A stretch of DNA of 64,000 nucleotides. Origin: Blepharisma stoltei ATCC 30299 (lineage: Eukaryota > Protista > Ciliophora). Location: positions 620,001 to 684,000 of the forward strand of contig CBFDEM010000021.1 of the NCBI GenBank assembly GCA_965603825.1, written 5' to 3'. Made by a program: the position numbers and the translations under genes. Under the pieces are notes generated by a model, which saw nothing but the letters and a program-made list of their open reading frames with translations, ran no database searches and had not been told where the DNA came from. Of the stretch, positions 11,049 to 22,924 are shown piece by piece. Each line of letters begins with the position of its first letter. The first letter of the stretch is position 1.

Positions 11049-12755
11049 CTAAATCGTTAAATTTGTAAAGTCTTCAACCCATTCTTGAGTTTTAGGGAGA
11101 TCCCCTCTTCTAATGATGTGAAATTCGTCTGCGAACAGCATAGGATCTTTAGCCTCAAGCTTCATCAATAAATCACTTCTTTCCATACACACAAACGCAG
11201 TTGTTAAATAATTATAAACGTGTGGGAGATCATTATTGAGAGAAAGTGCACACAAGTAGAATCTGGCTGAAGTCGCGTACTCTTTCAAATTTGAATATGC
11301 AATTCCAATATTTGTCCAAGTTCTTACATAGTCAGGTTTTAATTCCAGAGCTTTATAATAGCAATGCAAGGCGTCTTCTTGCCTAAGTTGTTTTGCAAGA
11401 GAAGCCCCAAGCTTATTTCACAATCCAGCGTCGTCTTCCTTAATTTGAAGAGCTTTCCTAAATGAGTCTTCAGCATCAACATAATCGCCGTCAAGAAAAT
11501 GTAAAACTCCATGAGCCAAATATAAATCAGGATCGGTTGGGTGGATTTCGATAGCTGCATGGAAGATTTCTTTAAATTCATCTTTTGTCACAGATTCAGG
11601 GATTATGATACCGGAGTAATCGGGATGGTTTGCAAACCAAGCTCGTAAATATTTAAGTGCTTCGTCTTGATCCATCTCATTTATGTTGCTGATTCCTAAT
11701 AGCATTAGCAATTCTAAGTTATATGGATCCACTTCTAAGCCTCTTTGCATTGCTTGAATTGCCTTTGTGTCATCATCATTCTGTGCCTGCAGTTTCCCGA
11801 GCCACAGCCACGCTTCAGAGTTTTCTTTATTCATTTGTACTTCCGCTTCTAAGCATAAAATTGCTTCTGGAGTATTCCCTTCTTTAATTTTCATCATAGC
11901 AATCTCAAATGGGTTGCTTGCATCTAAGTAAGGGTTCATTTCTTCAAATCCATATTCTTCTTTGGCTGGTGCTTCCCAAGCTTTTGCCCAGCTTGCCATC
12001 ATATTTTGGTACTCTTCATTCCCCAGCTCATTCCAAATTTGTTCATAGTTTTCTTCTTCCTCCTCATTTACTTCTTGCCATGCTTTTTCCATTTCTTCGT
12101 TTTCTTGTCCTTTTCCTTCCTCCCAAGCACTTTCAAGTGCTGCTTCTTCAGGATTCAGTTCTTTCCAAGCTCTTTCAGCTTCTTCCTTTGCAGCTTCCCA
12201 AGCGGCCTGCACTTCAGGATTTTGTCCAATGACTGCATCTAATTCATCTTCTTTTCTTTCACTTCACACCTGCTCAAACGTTGGCTCATTTGCTAATGCT
12301 TCAGGCTTAGAGTTCGCCCAAATTTCTCCAAAATCTTCAACAATTTGATTATCCTCAAATCTTGCTTGACCTGTGTGAAGTTTTTGTACGAATTGATAGA
12401 ATTCTGAGTTTTTGAATCTAGGGTCATTTTGTCGATTTAAGGTATTTAGAATGGATCCAGCGATGTCTCGCGTATATTCGGCACCTTGCCAAGCTTCTTC
12501 GAAATTTTCAGAGGCTTGGTTTAGACTTTCTTTCCACATCCCTTCAAAATCGCCATAGTCTGGTGGAGGCATTAGTTCAGCAGCTTCCCAAGCATCTTCA
12601 AAATGATCGCCAAGGTCTGCTTGAAATTGAGAATCTACTTGATTAAGAGCTCCGCCAGTCATCATTTGTTCGATTGCTTTCATCATTGGGTTTTGAATTG
12701 CTTGGCCATCTGCAGAGCAAGCTGTGTTTCCAAAAAGGCTATTGCTGAGATCCAT
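11049..12755 (-). CDS. PEX5: Peroxisomal PTS1 receptor Pex5, 568 aa
   Basis: N-terminal Cys, acidic Trp-repeat region, SEFYQFVQKLHTG segment, TPRs (EAWLWLGKLQAQND, L[TGA]NKLGASLA, KALELKPDYVRTWTNIGI). TGAs at 12264 and 11418. Confidence 0.93.
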
Positions 12756-13217
12756 TATAAAAAGAATATTAAAAAATGCTAGATTTTAGGAGATTTAATG
12801 CTACTGCAAGAGAAATTAAGAAAAATTACATCATTTTGAGTATTTGCAGTTTAGCTCCTCTAACTAAAACTATATATTTTTGTTATTATATGTTTTTCAT
12901 TAGTAATGATAAAAACAGAAATTTGCTAAAATATAATATGAGATTAGTGAATAAATGATAAAATACAATTAAAGAACTTAATATAATTATTCTTACTTAT
13001 AAGATTGTGACTTCTAAATATATGGGAATAGGCTCTTTTATTTTGTAAAGAAAATTAGTCATTATAAACTTTTTAAATTTTAAGTTTTGAACTTAATTTA
13101 CAATAATTATACGATAAGTCACAATACAGTTGAAGTTTCGAGCTAAATCTGATATTTATTTGAAGATCTGTCTGATTTTTATTCAAAAGATGGTGAAACA
13201 ATTTGTAATTCCTTATA

Positions 13218-14471
13218 ATGCAAAAATTGTTACTAATTTTATGTTTCCTAGCATTATCCCTTGCAGATCAATATGCAGTTATAGCTGTTGGCTCAAATGG
13301 ATACTATAATTACCGACATCAAGCAGATGCTTGTCATGCGTACCAAGTGCTTATCAATCACAACATTCCCAAATCCAATATTATCATGATGTCTTATGAT
13401 GATGTTCCCAATGCCCTTCAGAATCCATTCCCTGGCAAACTTTTTAATGCCCCCGGAAATCACAGCGTAGATGTAAACGATGGGTGTATCAAAGATTATA
13501 TAGGAGCTGATGTCACAGCAAAGCACTTTTTAAATATAATCCAAGGTGATGAATTAGCAATGATAGGCGTTGGGACTGGAAGAGTTCTAAAAAGTGGCCC
13601 AAATGATCATGTTTTTATTTATTTCGTAGATCATGGGGCATCTGGAGTTTTGTCTTTTCCAAATACTTGGCTTTATAATTATCAATTAATTGACGCGTTT
13701 ACTCAGATGAAGGCTAAAGGAATGTATAGCCAACTTACCATCTATATCGAAGCATGCTATTCAGGGTCTATGTTCGATGGAGTTCTTAAGGGAAATTTGA
13801 ATGTTTATGCAGTTACTGCTGCAAACGCAACTGAAAGCTCCTGGGGAGCCTATTGCCCTTATGAAGATTTTATAGATGGCATTGAGCTTGATGCTTGCTT
13901 AGGTGATTTGTTTAGCGTAAATTGGCTTGAAAATAGCGATTCCGCTAATCTTACAATTGAAACTTTAGATCAGCAATTTGATATTGCACAGAGTCTGACA
14001 AATTTGAGCCATGTTTCAAGATATGGCAATTTCTCATTTGTAAATGAGACAGCAGGTGAATTTCTTGGAAATTTGACTGATTCATTGAATTTTGCAGGAT
14101 ATGAGAAATCTTCTAACTGGGAAAGCACAGAAATCAAGCTTAATTACCTTCTTCACATGTACACAAAGTACCAAGATCCTCAATATATGGAAGCCATACT
14201 AGAAGAGATGGAATACAGAGATAAAATCTCTGGAATTTTTACTCAATTGGCTTTACATTTCGAGATGAAATACGATGCAGATCTAATGAATGCTGAGCTA
14301 AGACCTTTGAATACAAGATGCCTTGAAAAAAATATAATGAGCTTTGAGCAGCATTGTGGAAACATTAAAGACTATGGGCTTAAATATATACAAGTATTAG
14401 TCAACATCTGTGAAGTTGGGATCTCCAATGAAGAAACTGATAGTGCTCTCAAAGAAATCTGCATACTTTAA
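13218..14471 (+). CDS. LGMN: Legumain / asparaginyl endopeptidase (peptidase C13)
   Basis: Signal peptide, NYRHQAD, catalytic DHG and EACYSGS, C-terminal prodomain. Confidence 0.95.
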   Translation: MQKLLLILCFLALSLADQYAVIAVGSNGYYNYRHQADACHAYQVLINHNIPKSNIIMMSYDDVPNALQNPFPGKLFNAPGNHSVDVNDGCIKDYIGADVTAKHFLNIIQGDELAMIGVGTGRVLKSGPNDHVFIYFVDHGASGVLSFPNTWLYNYQLIDAFTQMKAKGMYSQLTIYIEACYSGSMFDGVLKGNLNVYAVTAANATESSWGAYCPYEDFIDGIELDACLGDLFSVNWLENSDSANLTIETLDQQFDIAQSLTNLSHVSRYGNFSFVNETAGEFLGNLTDSLNFAGYEKSSNWESTEIKLNYLLHMYTKYQDPQYMEAILEEMEYRDKISGIFTQLALHFEMKYDADLMNAELRPLNTRCLEKNIMSFEQHCGNIKDYGLKYIQVLVNICEVGISNEETDSALKEICIL

Positions 14472-14526
14472 TATTTCTTTAAGCTTATTCTAAAATTTTT
14501 TAATAATTTAACAACTAAATTGGCCG

Positions 14527-15237
14527 ATGCAAAATCATATACAAGACAAAAAAAGCATCCATTTCTGCGAAAAGCCCAAGCCTGAAGACCTTTCAAATTT
14601 AAAATACAAAACTTTCAAAGAATTAATCGCAAATGTTTCTCCGCTTAAAAAAATCGACCTTTGCGAATATGAAACATTTACAAGGAAGCAAGAATTAGAT
14701 ATTGACTACTGGAAACATAATCAAAATTTAATAGAAACAGTGTCCAGCATTGATTCTCAAGAGCCCGTGATTACTGAGGAATGCTTAAACAACTGAGTAA
14801 AGCAAAGCTTAAATTTGAAGTACAAGAGATTGCCTCAATGTAGACCATTTTTAATGGCACCAAAAATTTATAGCTTTTTGAAAGAGGTCGAATGCAAGCG
14901 ATACGGAAGGCGTGCTATTTTTAGATCTGAATCGGCAAGAAGGGTTAAGACTTTAGAAGAAATCAATAAAGAATTTTATCGGCCAAAAGTTTCAGTTAAA
15001 AAATTAAAAGCTGTTCATATTGAAGGACAAAAATATGTAAGTCCAATTAATAACAGAAGAAATACTGTGATAGCAGAATCAATGACCTCGGCATCAATCT
15101 CTCCACTGAGAACAATGAAAACTTCTGTTTCCACTAAAAATATGCAGTCAACCAAGTCCAAAGTCACTTTTTCAAGGTATCCAAGCCAAGGTCGATTAAC
15201 AAGATCTAGAGAAAGGAATAAAGTTTTGGAAAAATAG
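14527..15237 (+). CDS. Uncharacterised basic protein, 236 aa
   Basis: Two same-frame ORFs joined by TGA 14794-14796. Ends in TAG. Confidence 0.65.
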
Positions 15238-15326
15238 CGAAGAAATTATTTATAGATTAAATGCTAATTGTGATATAAAAATTTTATCTAAGACTATTCA
15301 TCTCTTTAGTCCAATAATAGTTTAAT

Positions 15327-16040
15327 ATGGCTGAGCTTAGTTGCGAAAAATCTATGTATTTGATGAAAATGCCAGTTGCTTTTTCAGCTGAAACTTTTCA
15401 AGACATAAACGAAAAATTAGATATAATTGAAAAGGCCCAAGGGCCAAAAGTATTAATAGTCACATCAAAGCATCCACGATTATTTAGCGGAGGACTCGAC
15501 TTGAAAGAAATTCAAAAGAAAGGGTTGGATTATGCACTTGCCCTTTATGATGGGATTTTAAAACTGTCAGCAAGATTTCTTCAAATAGGATTCCCGACTA
15601 TTGCAGCTATTAATGGTCCTTGTTTTGGGGCTGGATTTTTATTAGCGTTAGCTATGGATTATAGATTATCAGTTCCTTCAGCAAAATTTGCGATGAGGGA
15701 AATTAATTTAGGAATGCCACTCACTCCTAAGGGTTGTGCAATATTTAAAGCTAAACTAAACCCTAAAATGTATCGAAATATATTAATCGGAGGGAAAAGC
15801 TTAAGTGCAGGTGAAGGTAAAGATGAAGGATTTATTGATGAAATTGTGGAAAAAAGTGAGCTGATTATAAAATCAAAGGAATTGGCTGAAACTCTAGCTG
15901 ATTTAGGGAACAAAAACGAAGTTTACAGTTGTGTAAAATCAAGTATGTATCATGATCCAATCAAAGTAATCTCAAGCGATGATAACCTTCATGAATATTG
16001 CCTTAAGATCCTAAAAAACAATTTCAATCCGAAGCTTTAA
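15327..16040 (+). CDS. Crotonase-family enoyl-CoA isomerase/hydratase, probably peroxisomal
   Basis: FSGGLDL, PTIAAINGPCFGAG and EINLG motifs. C-terminal PKL resembles a PTS1. Confidence 0.88.
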   Translation: MAELSCEKSMYLMKMPVAFSAETFQDINEKLDIIEKAQGPKVLIVTSKHPRLFSGGLDLKEIQKKGLDYALALYDGILKLSARFLQIGFPTIAAINGPCFGAGFLLALAMDYRLSVPSAKFAMREINLGMPLTPKGCAIFKAKLNPKMYRNILIGGKSLSAGEGKDEGFIDEIVEKSELIIKSKELAETLADLGNKNEVYSCVKSSMYHDPIKVISSDDNLHEYCLKILKNNFNPKL

Positions 16041-16356
16041 TGCAAAAATCAACCTTATTGCACTTAATTTAAAATATAAATGTACAGTGCTAATCATTAT
16101 ATTCTTTACTTTCATATATTTTTATATGCTTTTAAATGTTTTAAATCTCATTAGTAAGATTAATTATACAGTCATTATTAAGCTGAGAATGCTTATATCT
16201 AAAAAATTGATACGCATATGCTTATTAAAATACCATCAATCAGTTTTCTTATTTTTTAAGGTTAAATTGAATAACGTAAATAGTTAGCATACAGCTAATT
16301 AAATGCATCTGAATACTATACTAGAAGCAAATTTTAGCTATTAAATAATTGTTATC

Positions 16357-17655
16357 TTAATAAGAAGTATGAATATTAAAAAATTGATAAACTCTATGAA
16401 GACAATCTAAGAAGATCATTACCTTTCCCTTGACCAACTTAAAATCTAACACAAATGAGTTTTCATACTTATAAATGATCAAATGCATCTTCAAGCTTCT
16501 GTTCTGAGTTCAATATCTTAAATCTAAACTAAAATTTGTTATAATCTTCCATTCTATTTTTGACTCTTTAAGCGAATTAATCAAAATGACCATGAATTTT
16601 GAAGGATCCATATTAGTTCTGAATCCATAGACCCAACTGTTTGGGGACTCATACAGTGTCACCAGCTCTTTTGACTCGCCCCTTATAGAATCCATAGTAG
16701 ACAGATCTCCTCCAGAGCTCTCTAGCGTATCATCTTTAACCAGTGATGTTCTTTTCACGCCATCAAACTTTGCTGTTTCTGAACATAGTTTTTGGTTTAA
16801 AAGCAGCTTATATGAAACAGCGAAATCCTTTGTATCTTTTTTCATCAGAAGGTTTTCTGTGTATAGTCAGGGATGTCCTTTTATTTGTTGAATTGTGATA
16901 CGTCCCACAGGATCAGGATTTAACATTCTGCATAATAAATCTCTTGCATCAGCACTGATATGGTATGGTATTGAAAATTTTCCTGATTTTATCTTTGTGA
17001 AAAGTGCTGGAATACTTGTATCATCAAATGGCAAAGCTCCTGTTAATAAAGCATAAAGAACTACCCCTGTACTCCATATATCGACTTCTGGCCCACAATA
17101 CTTATTTCCTGAAATAACTTCAGGTGCCGCATAATTTGGTGATCCGCACGAAGTACTTAAGAACTCTCCATCTCTTATAGCATTAGAGAGTCCAAAATCA
17201 GCAATTTTTATATTTCCGTTTAGGTCAAGAAGCAGATTTTCAGGCTTGATATCCCTGTGAACTAATCTGTGCGAGTGGCAAAACTCCAATCCAGAAAGGA
17301 TTTGCTCCACAAAGATGCGGGCTTCATCTTCTAATAATTTTCCCTTTTTTTCTAAATAATTATATAATTCCCCTCTTGGCAAATACTCAAGGACAAGGAT
17401 AAAAGTTGTGCAGGTGTCGATTACTTCATATAATTTAATCACATGAGGGTGCTGGAATTTCTTCAGTATTTTGATTTCCCTTTTTACTTTGGAAATCATA
17501 GATTTTTCTGAAATTGTTTTCTTTTTTAAAAATTTCAATGCCACTTTTGTTTTTGTCTCTAGATGCTCAGCTACTGCTTAAGAATTACATTTAACTAAGC
17601 CGAATGTTCCACGGCCTAAAGGACCTAAAATTCTATAATTCTCCAGTTCTGACAT
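16357..17655 (-). CDS. SNF1: AMPK/SNF1 catalytic alpha subunit-like kinase, one intron
   Basis: GRGTFG exon upstream of intron 17574-17588; HRDIKPEN, DFG, STSCGSPNYAAPE; HP[TGA] at the kinase end. C-terminal WVYGFRT...EWK...FVLDFKLVKG domain; TAA 16357. Confidence 0.9.
17574..17588 (-). other. 15-nt intron GTAATTCTTAAGCAG
   Basis: Removal gives GTFGLVKLAEH...VALK, restoring kinase subdomains I-II. Confidence 0.93.
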
Positions 17656-18658
17656 TGATAAATGTCAGAACCATTTTTGTTGGCCCACATAAACTATGGT
17701 CATACAATTTTACAAACTTTTTCTTAAATTTAAAATACAGCTAATCAATGGTAGAAAATAGTTTAAATATGCTCAATAATAAAAAGTAAATAGTTTTAAA
17801 TCTTTATTACCAATAATACACTTTGCTTAAAAAAAATCGATTTCAATTAATAAGGCAGCGATAAAGGAAACAAATTAATTTTTTACTTTTATAAATAACA
17901 TTTGAATTTTAAACAGAAAAAGATCTGAATTAGTTAGCTTTATTGCTTTATTCTCAAGTTAAATAGTGCATCAAAATAATAGATGATAGCCATATAAATC
18001 TGTTTAGGTCTTGGAATAATATTTTGTATTTCTTATTGGCAAAATTAATTATACTAATTAAAAATATGATAATGATGGCATTGATGCTTAAACTTACTAC
18101 TTGTGATTTGATTTAATCAAAATTACATCGATGATTGTTATTTCATTTATAAGTTTCCAATATCAAACCCAAGCTATTATTAAAGAATTTACAAGCAAAT
18201 AAATCATATATTTGGTCTTATTTTTTTTGGTTTGTTTTAGTTTTAACTGATTTCTTTTTTTTCTATAAGAAGGAAAATTACCAAAAATTATTAAATAAGC
18301 AAATATTTATTATGTAATTTATTCTTCTATGCATCCGATTAATCATAAAGATTGTAATTATCTTGCTAATCTAAACATTTATTAAATTTATATTGAAGGC
18401 TATAGGAAGTTTTGTGAGCCATTTACTTCTAGTGTTCCTAATGATATTCATCTTTGAAAAAATAGGTTTTTGTAATATATTCAGAGCGAAATATATTATA
18501 TTTTAATTTAATTGTACAAAAATTGATGAAATCAATCATCAAGAAATTGAAGAAATTCTTAGTCACTTTACAATAGCGCTTAATCTACTGAATTAAAGGG
18601 AAAGAAACGATTTTTTGGAATAGTTATATTCTGCATACAGCCATATCAATTATTTATA

Positions 18659-20308
18659 ATGGAGGTGAATTTCTTTTACTCATCATTGCAAAGGCAGCTT
18701 GAAGAAGTTGATAGACTGATGGGGTTAGAAGCAGACTCCTCCAAACCATACGAACACAAATATAAAGCACGAGAAATCCTTAATTCCCTTCTAAATGAAG
18801 AACGAGTCAAAGAAAATGACGAAAGTGCAAGGGCTGCTCAAGCAATCATCGAATACCTCCTTGGTGTGAATCATTTTGAGACAGAAGAGATTACTGAGAG
18901 CAACAAGCACTACAAAAAGTCGCTGAAACGGTTGCTTTCCCTCCACAAGCGAGACCAAGGAAGGTACATAAACACATTTCAAGACGTGCTGAATGCTTTA
19001 GGAATTTTGGCATGCAATCGTGGAGAAAGTCAGCTAGGACTTGAATACTTTTTCCAAGCTCAAGCGCTGTACCAGGGAATCCAGACTCTGAAAAGAACTT
19101 CTTTTTCTCATAATTTCAAAGACTTTCTCACTGGGGTCGAGAATTTTCGATTTATCATCGATGGTGGGGTCAACCATAAAAAGGCGGAGCAGAATTACAC
19201 TCTAACATTGTTTTATATGGCCCAAGCTTATTCAAAATTAGGAGAAAAAGAAAAATCAGCAAAGTTTTGTGCAGAAACTATGGAAAGACAGATAAGAAGC
19301 GATGATTATGATATCAAAGATTGGGCAGTAAATGCTATTAATATGGCTGAATATTACAATGAATGCGGAAATCTCAATCAAGCGTTATATACTTTGCAGT
19401 GTGGAATGGCTATCATTAAGACACCAAAAAAGAAACTAGAGAGCTCCCTTCACATGCAAATTGGAAGATGCTATATTTCGTTTCTTGATTTAGGGGTGAA
19501 ACTGCATCAAGAAAAGGCTCCAATTCCTGAGTCAGTTTACCAGCAATGCATGATTTTTGAGCCTCTTAATATTCCTTTCCCAAGAATCGAGCCTCCACTT
19601 AACATTGATAGTGCGAAAGAACTTTTTAAGCTAGCGAACACAAGTTTTAAGCATGCACTCGACTATTTTGTGATAGATGGTTATGTCACGGAGCACATTG
19701 AAATGAAAAGAGACATTAGCTCACTCTATAGGCTTCTTTCCTACTTCGAAATGGATGAAAACAGGATTATTGCAATGGCTCAGAGAAGACTAGAATTGCT
19801 AGAAGGCTACACAAGAGACATCAACAAGCAAGCATATTCTCAGCTATGGCAAAGACTGATGAACGAAGTAGCCTCAGTTTATCTAGACTTATATGAGGTC
19901 AAGCAAGGAATGATCAAAGGAAAAAAGAAAAAAAGAGAAGATCTATACACAAAAGTTAACATTCATGCACTATCATCGATTGAAAAACAAATGGAATTGC
20001 TTGAGTTTATCCAGAAATTTGAGCTTAACGAAGATTCAGCTAAAGACGTCATCCAATCCTCGCTAAACCTGATGTTTGGCATTGCGAGGATTTACTCAAA
20101 GATGGACCACCCTGACATCTCGATAAAAGTTGACTATATGGAAAAAGGATTTAGATGGTACGAAAAACTTCAAGCCTATTTGAGAGAAATACAAAAGGGC
20201 CCACATGCTTCAAAAGTCCCTGATTTAGTTGACCAAATGAAGGTGTGTGAAGAAATGTGCGAGCTTCTTCCCAGAAGAATTTCCCAGGTGAACGCAGAAA
20301 GAGAGTAA
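18659..20308 (+). CDS. KIFBP: KIF-binding protein (KBP)
   Basis: PYEHKYKAREIL, YTLTLFYMAQAY, DWAVNA, DGYVTEHIE and EMCELLP match KBP family motifs. Uninterrupted 549-aa ORF. Confidence 0.88.
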   Translation: MEVNFFYSSLQRQLEEVDRLMGLEADSSKPYEHKYKAREILNSLLNEERVKENDESARAAQAIIEYLLGVNHFETEEITESNKHYKKSLKRLLSLHKRDQGRYINTFQDVLNALGILACNRGESQLGLEYFFQAQALYQGIQTLKRTSFSHNFKDFLTGVENFRFIIDGGVNHKKAEQNYTLTLFYMAQAYSKLGEKEKSAKFCAETMERQIRSDDYDIKDWAVNAINMAEYYNECGNLNQALYTLQCGMAIIKTPKKKLESSLHMQIGRCYISFLDLGVKLHQEKAPIPESVYQQCMIFEPLNIPFPRIEPPLNIDSAKELFKLANTSFKHALDYFVIDGYVTEHIEMKRDISSLYRLLSYFEMDENRIIAMAQRRLELLEGYTRDINKQAYSQLWQRLMNEVASVYLDLYEVKQGMIKGKKKKREDLYTKVNIHALSSIEKQMELLEFIQKFELNEDSAKDVIQSSLNLMFGIARIYSKMDHPDISIKVDYMEKGFRWYEKLQAYLREIQKGPHASKVPDLVDQMKVCEEMCELLPRRISQVNAERE

Positions 20309-20324
20309 CTAATTTTATTAGTGA

Positions 20325-21497
20325 TTATATATTAAGAATTCCTTCATATTTTCTTGCGTTTCTTCTCAGAATTTCTTCAAGAGGCCCCAACATTCTCTTG
20401 AACGCTCTTCTGTCTAATGCTACACAAGAGAGCTTGCTAGTCGCAATAATATTAGCAGCACGCGGCTCACCTCTAAGCAGGGAAAGTTCACCAAAATAGT
20501 CCCCAGCTTTATACTGTTTTACTTCAACTGGAGGTAAGCCAGGTGTAAAGGTTTTGGTGGCCAATGCAGTTCCTTCTTCAATCATATAGAACACATCGCC
20601 CCATTCGCCTTCTCTGATCACATATTCTCCTTCTCTAAACTGGGCTGGCTTCAACGCATCTGCTATGTGGGACCTTTCATAAGGGTCCATGTTTTCAAGC
20701 AGCTCTACCCCTGTCAAAAAAGACTCATAACGTTCTCGCTTTCTTGCCGCAGAGTCCTTCACAATGTGATTAAAGCAAGCTCTATCTAGCACCCAGCATG
20801 TGCACTCGGTCACAGCTTTTATTGATGCCGCTCTTGGGACATTGTATAATAAAGCAAGCTCCCCAAATGCTTCGCCAGAGTGGTAAAATTTCAAAAATTT
20901 TTCAGGCTCCCCAGCAGTGAAGATTTTTGAGCATTCTAGCTTCCCAGTGTCAACTACAAATAGCTCGTCACCGTCTTCTCCTTGCCTTATGACTTGATCG
21001 CCAGGCCTGAATTTCTTCTCTTCCATAGCATTGATGACAATTTCTCTTTCATTGTCGTCTAAAGCTGCAAACATAAAGGCCTTATTGAGCCTTTCAGAAA
21101 TTCGTTCTTTTTGCTGCGAATTTTTAGGTATCACTCGAGGCTGAAAATCAGATTTTTTGTTTCATAGTCCAAAAGCTTCAGCGCTCACTGAGTTTCTGGC
21201 CTTCTTAGGCTTTTCAAGAGTGGGAGAAGGGAGCTCGTCTATATAATCGTCTTCACTTCCTTCACTACTTGTGTCAGTTTCTTGACCGTTGCGCAGCTTA
21301 TCGACTTCAACTCTTAACTGTGCAAGTTCTTCTTTTTCAGCTTCAGAAAGGCAATTTCCCGATTTTTTGTTCAGCCAGTCAAGTATAAATGGTTCAGGGG
21401 GAGTTGGCTTGTCTATTAGAATGCAAGCTACCAAGTCTTCAAGCAAGTAATGCAGTTTGCTCTTGATATAGTCTTTGTGCTTCCCCTTGTCGCTCAT
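20325..21497 (-). CDS. PRKAR: cAMP-dependent protein kinase regulatory subunit, 390 aa
   Basis: D/D-like N-terminus, inhibitor site ARNSVSAEAFGL[TGA]NKK, two cNMP domains (FGELALLYNVPRAA, FGELSLLRGEPRAA). Confidence 0.95.
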
Positions 21498-22028
21498 ATT
21501 AATTAAACTGACTTAAACCATAAACACTCACGAAAGAAATTGCGATCTAGATTCAAAATTTATAATTAAGCAATCATTCATATGCAAGCAAATAAATTGT
21601 TGATCAGAATCGGTTCAAACTCTGGCGCATTATATTAAAAGAAGCTGAGAATCTTAATTAAATAAGCTCATTAATTCTAGAAATCAGATATAAATTGCTC
21701 TTAAAATCATCATTAAATTTGTCAGATTTATGCATCATAATTCCAAATTATTTTAAATTTAAATAAAGGATAGTGTTGGATTACTTCTCAACCTTATATT
21801 AGCAAACAATGCTAAGATATAACCCAGAAACACACTTAAGCTAAGCAATCCAACCAAATGCACTGACGGATAAGAAATGCAAAGAACTCCATGAAAGATG
21901 AATATCTGCTTATAGGATTCTCACATTGGATTATGATCATTAATTTCCTCAGCAAAATATCTGAAGCCAATTTTAACCCAAAATTCTCGGTAGCTGCTCA
22001 GCAAATAATTCTGATCATTTATATTGAA

Positions 22029-22763
22029 ATGAAAGCATCTAGTTATAACGAAATTCTTCCGGGGATTTATTTAGGAGACTATAAAGCTGCAAAGCACTTA
22101 GAAACTTTAGAAGGCTTAGGCATTACACATATTGTGATTGCAGCATCTGATTTGGACCCTTGGTATCAAAATATCATCAATTATAAACAATTCCCACAGA
22201 TGGATTCTGGAGAAGCTTTAACTGGCATTTTCAGGCAGTCAAATCAATTTATAAAAGAAGCTGTCCAAAGCAACGGAAAAGTTCTTATACACTGGTAGTT
22301 TATATATAGCCAGATGGGTGTAGCACGAAGCGCAACTCTAATGATTGCATATGTAATGCAAGAAATGAGCTTAGATATGAACAGAGCAATTGAGTTTGTT
22401 GGAAGAATTCGACGCTGCATTAATCCGAATCCATTTCATATATTTCAATTGAGAAAATTTGAGAATGAACTTGTAAGACCTAATTAGTTTGGCACACTAA
22501 TGCCTTATTTTTGTAAATTTTGCTGTATCGAGCTGTTTTCTTGTGACGATATACTGCATCCAGAATGCAACAACCAAGAAAATCAAACTATTGTTATCAA
22601 GCAAAAGGAATGAATGCCTGATGATTTCAGTGAAGCTACTGAAATTAGTTGTCCTGATTGTGGCACAGATGTTGGCGAACCTTTGACTTCTGGGTACAAT
22701 TGCAGCTGTGGGCAGTATTTTGATACTGCGGCTGCAATTAATAAAGAATTATTAACAAATTAA
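22029..22763 (+). CDS. DUSP12: Dual-specificity phosphatase, DUSP12/YVH1-like, two introns
   Basis: Splicing 22295-22309 creates the catalytic HCQMGVARS loop. Splicing 22473-22487 adds a zinc domain (CKFC...H...C...E[TGA]M...CPDC...CSCG). TAA 22761-22763. Confidence 0.85.
22295..22309 (+). other. 15-nt intron GTAGTTTATATATAG
   Basis: Splits the catalytic Cys codon (TG|C) of HCxxGxxRS. Confidence 0.95.
22473..22487 (+). other. 15-nt intron GTAAGACCTAATTAG
   Basis: Phase 0; removes a TAG between the phosphatase and zinc domains. Confidence 0.88.
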
Positions 22764-22924
22764 ATAGGCAAGTTAGTTTCTACACGATCAAAAATAAATA
22801 ACTATGACGATTTAATTATTTTATAGATCTTGCTTGCATTTTCGAGCGTATGATATTTTTAAATCAAAGATTGTGATATTCTATATTAGCTTTTTTATTG
22901 CAATTCAGTTTGCAAATTTAATAA

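Noticed and set aside
11049-16040. Peroxisomal cluster of PEX5 and the PKL-ending crotonase
   Set aside because: Two unrelated genes lie between them, so chance proximity is sufficient.
21891-22028. N-terminal extension of the DUSP from ATG 21891
   Set aside because: The phosphatase domain starts right after ATG 22029 and the extension has no recognisable features. Not strictly excluded.
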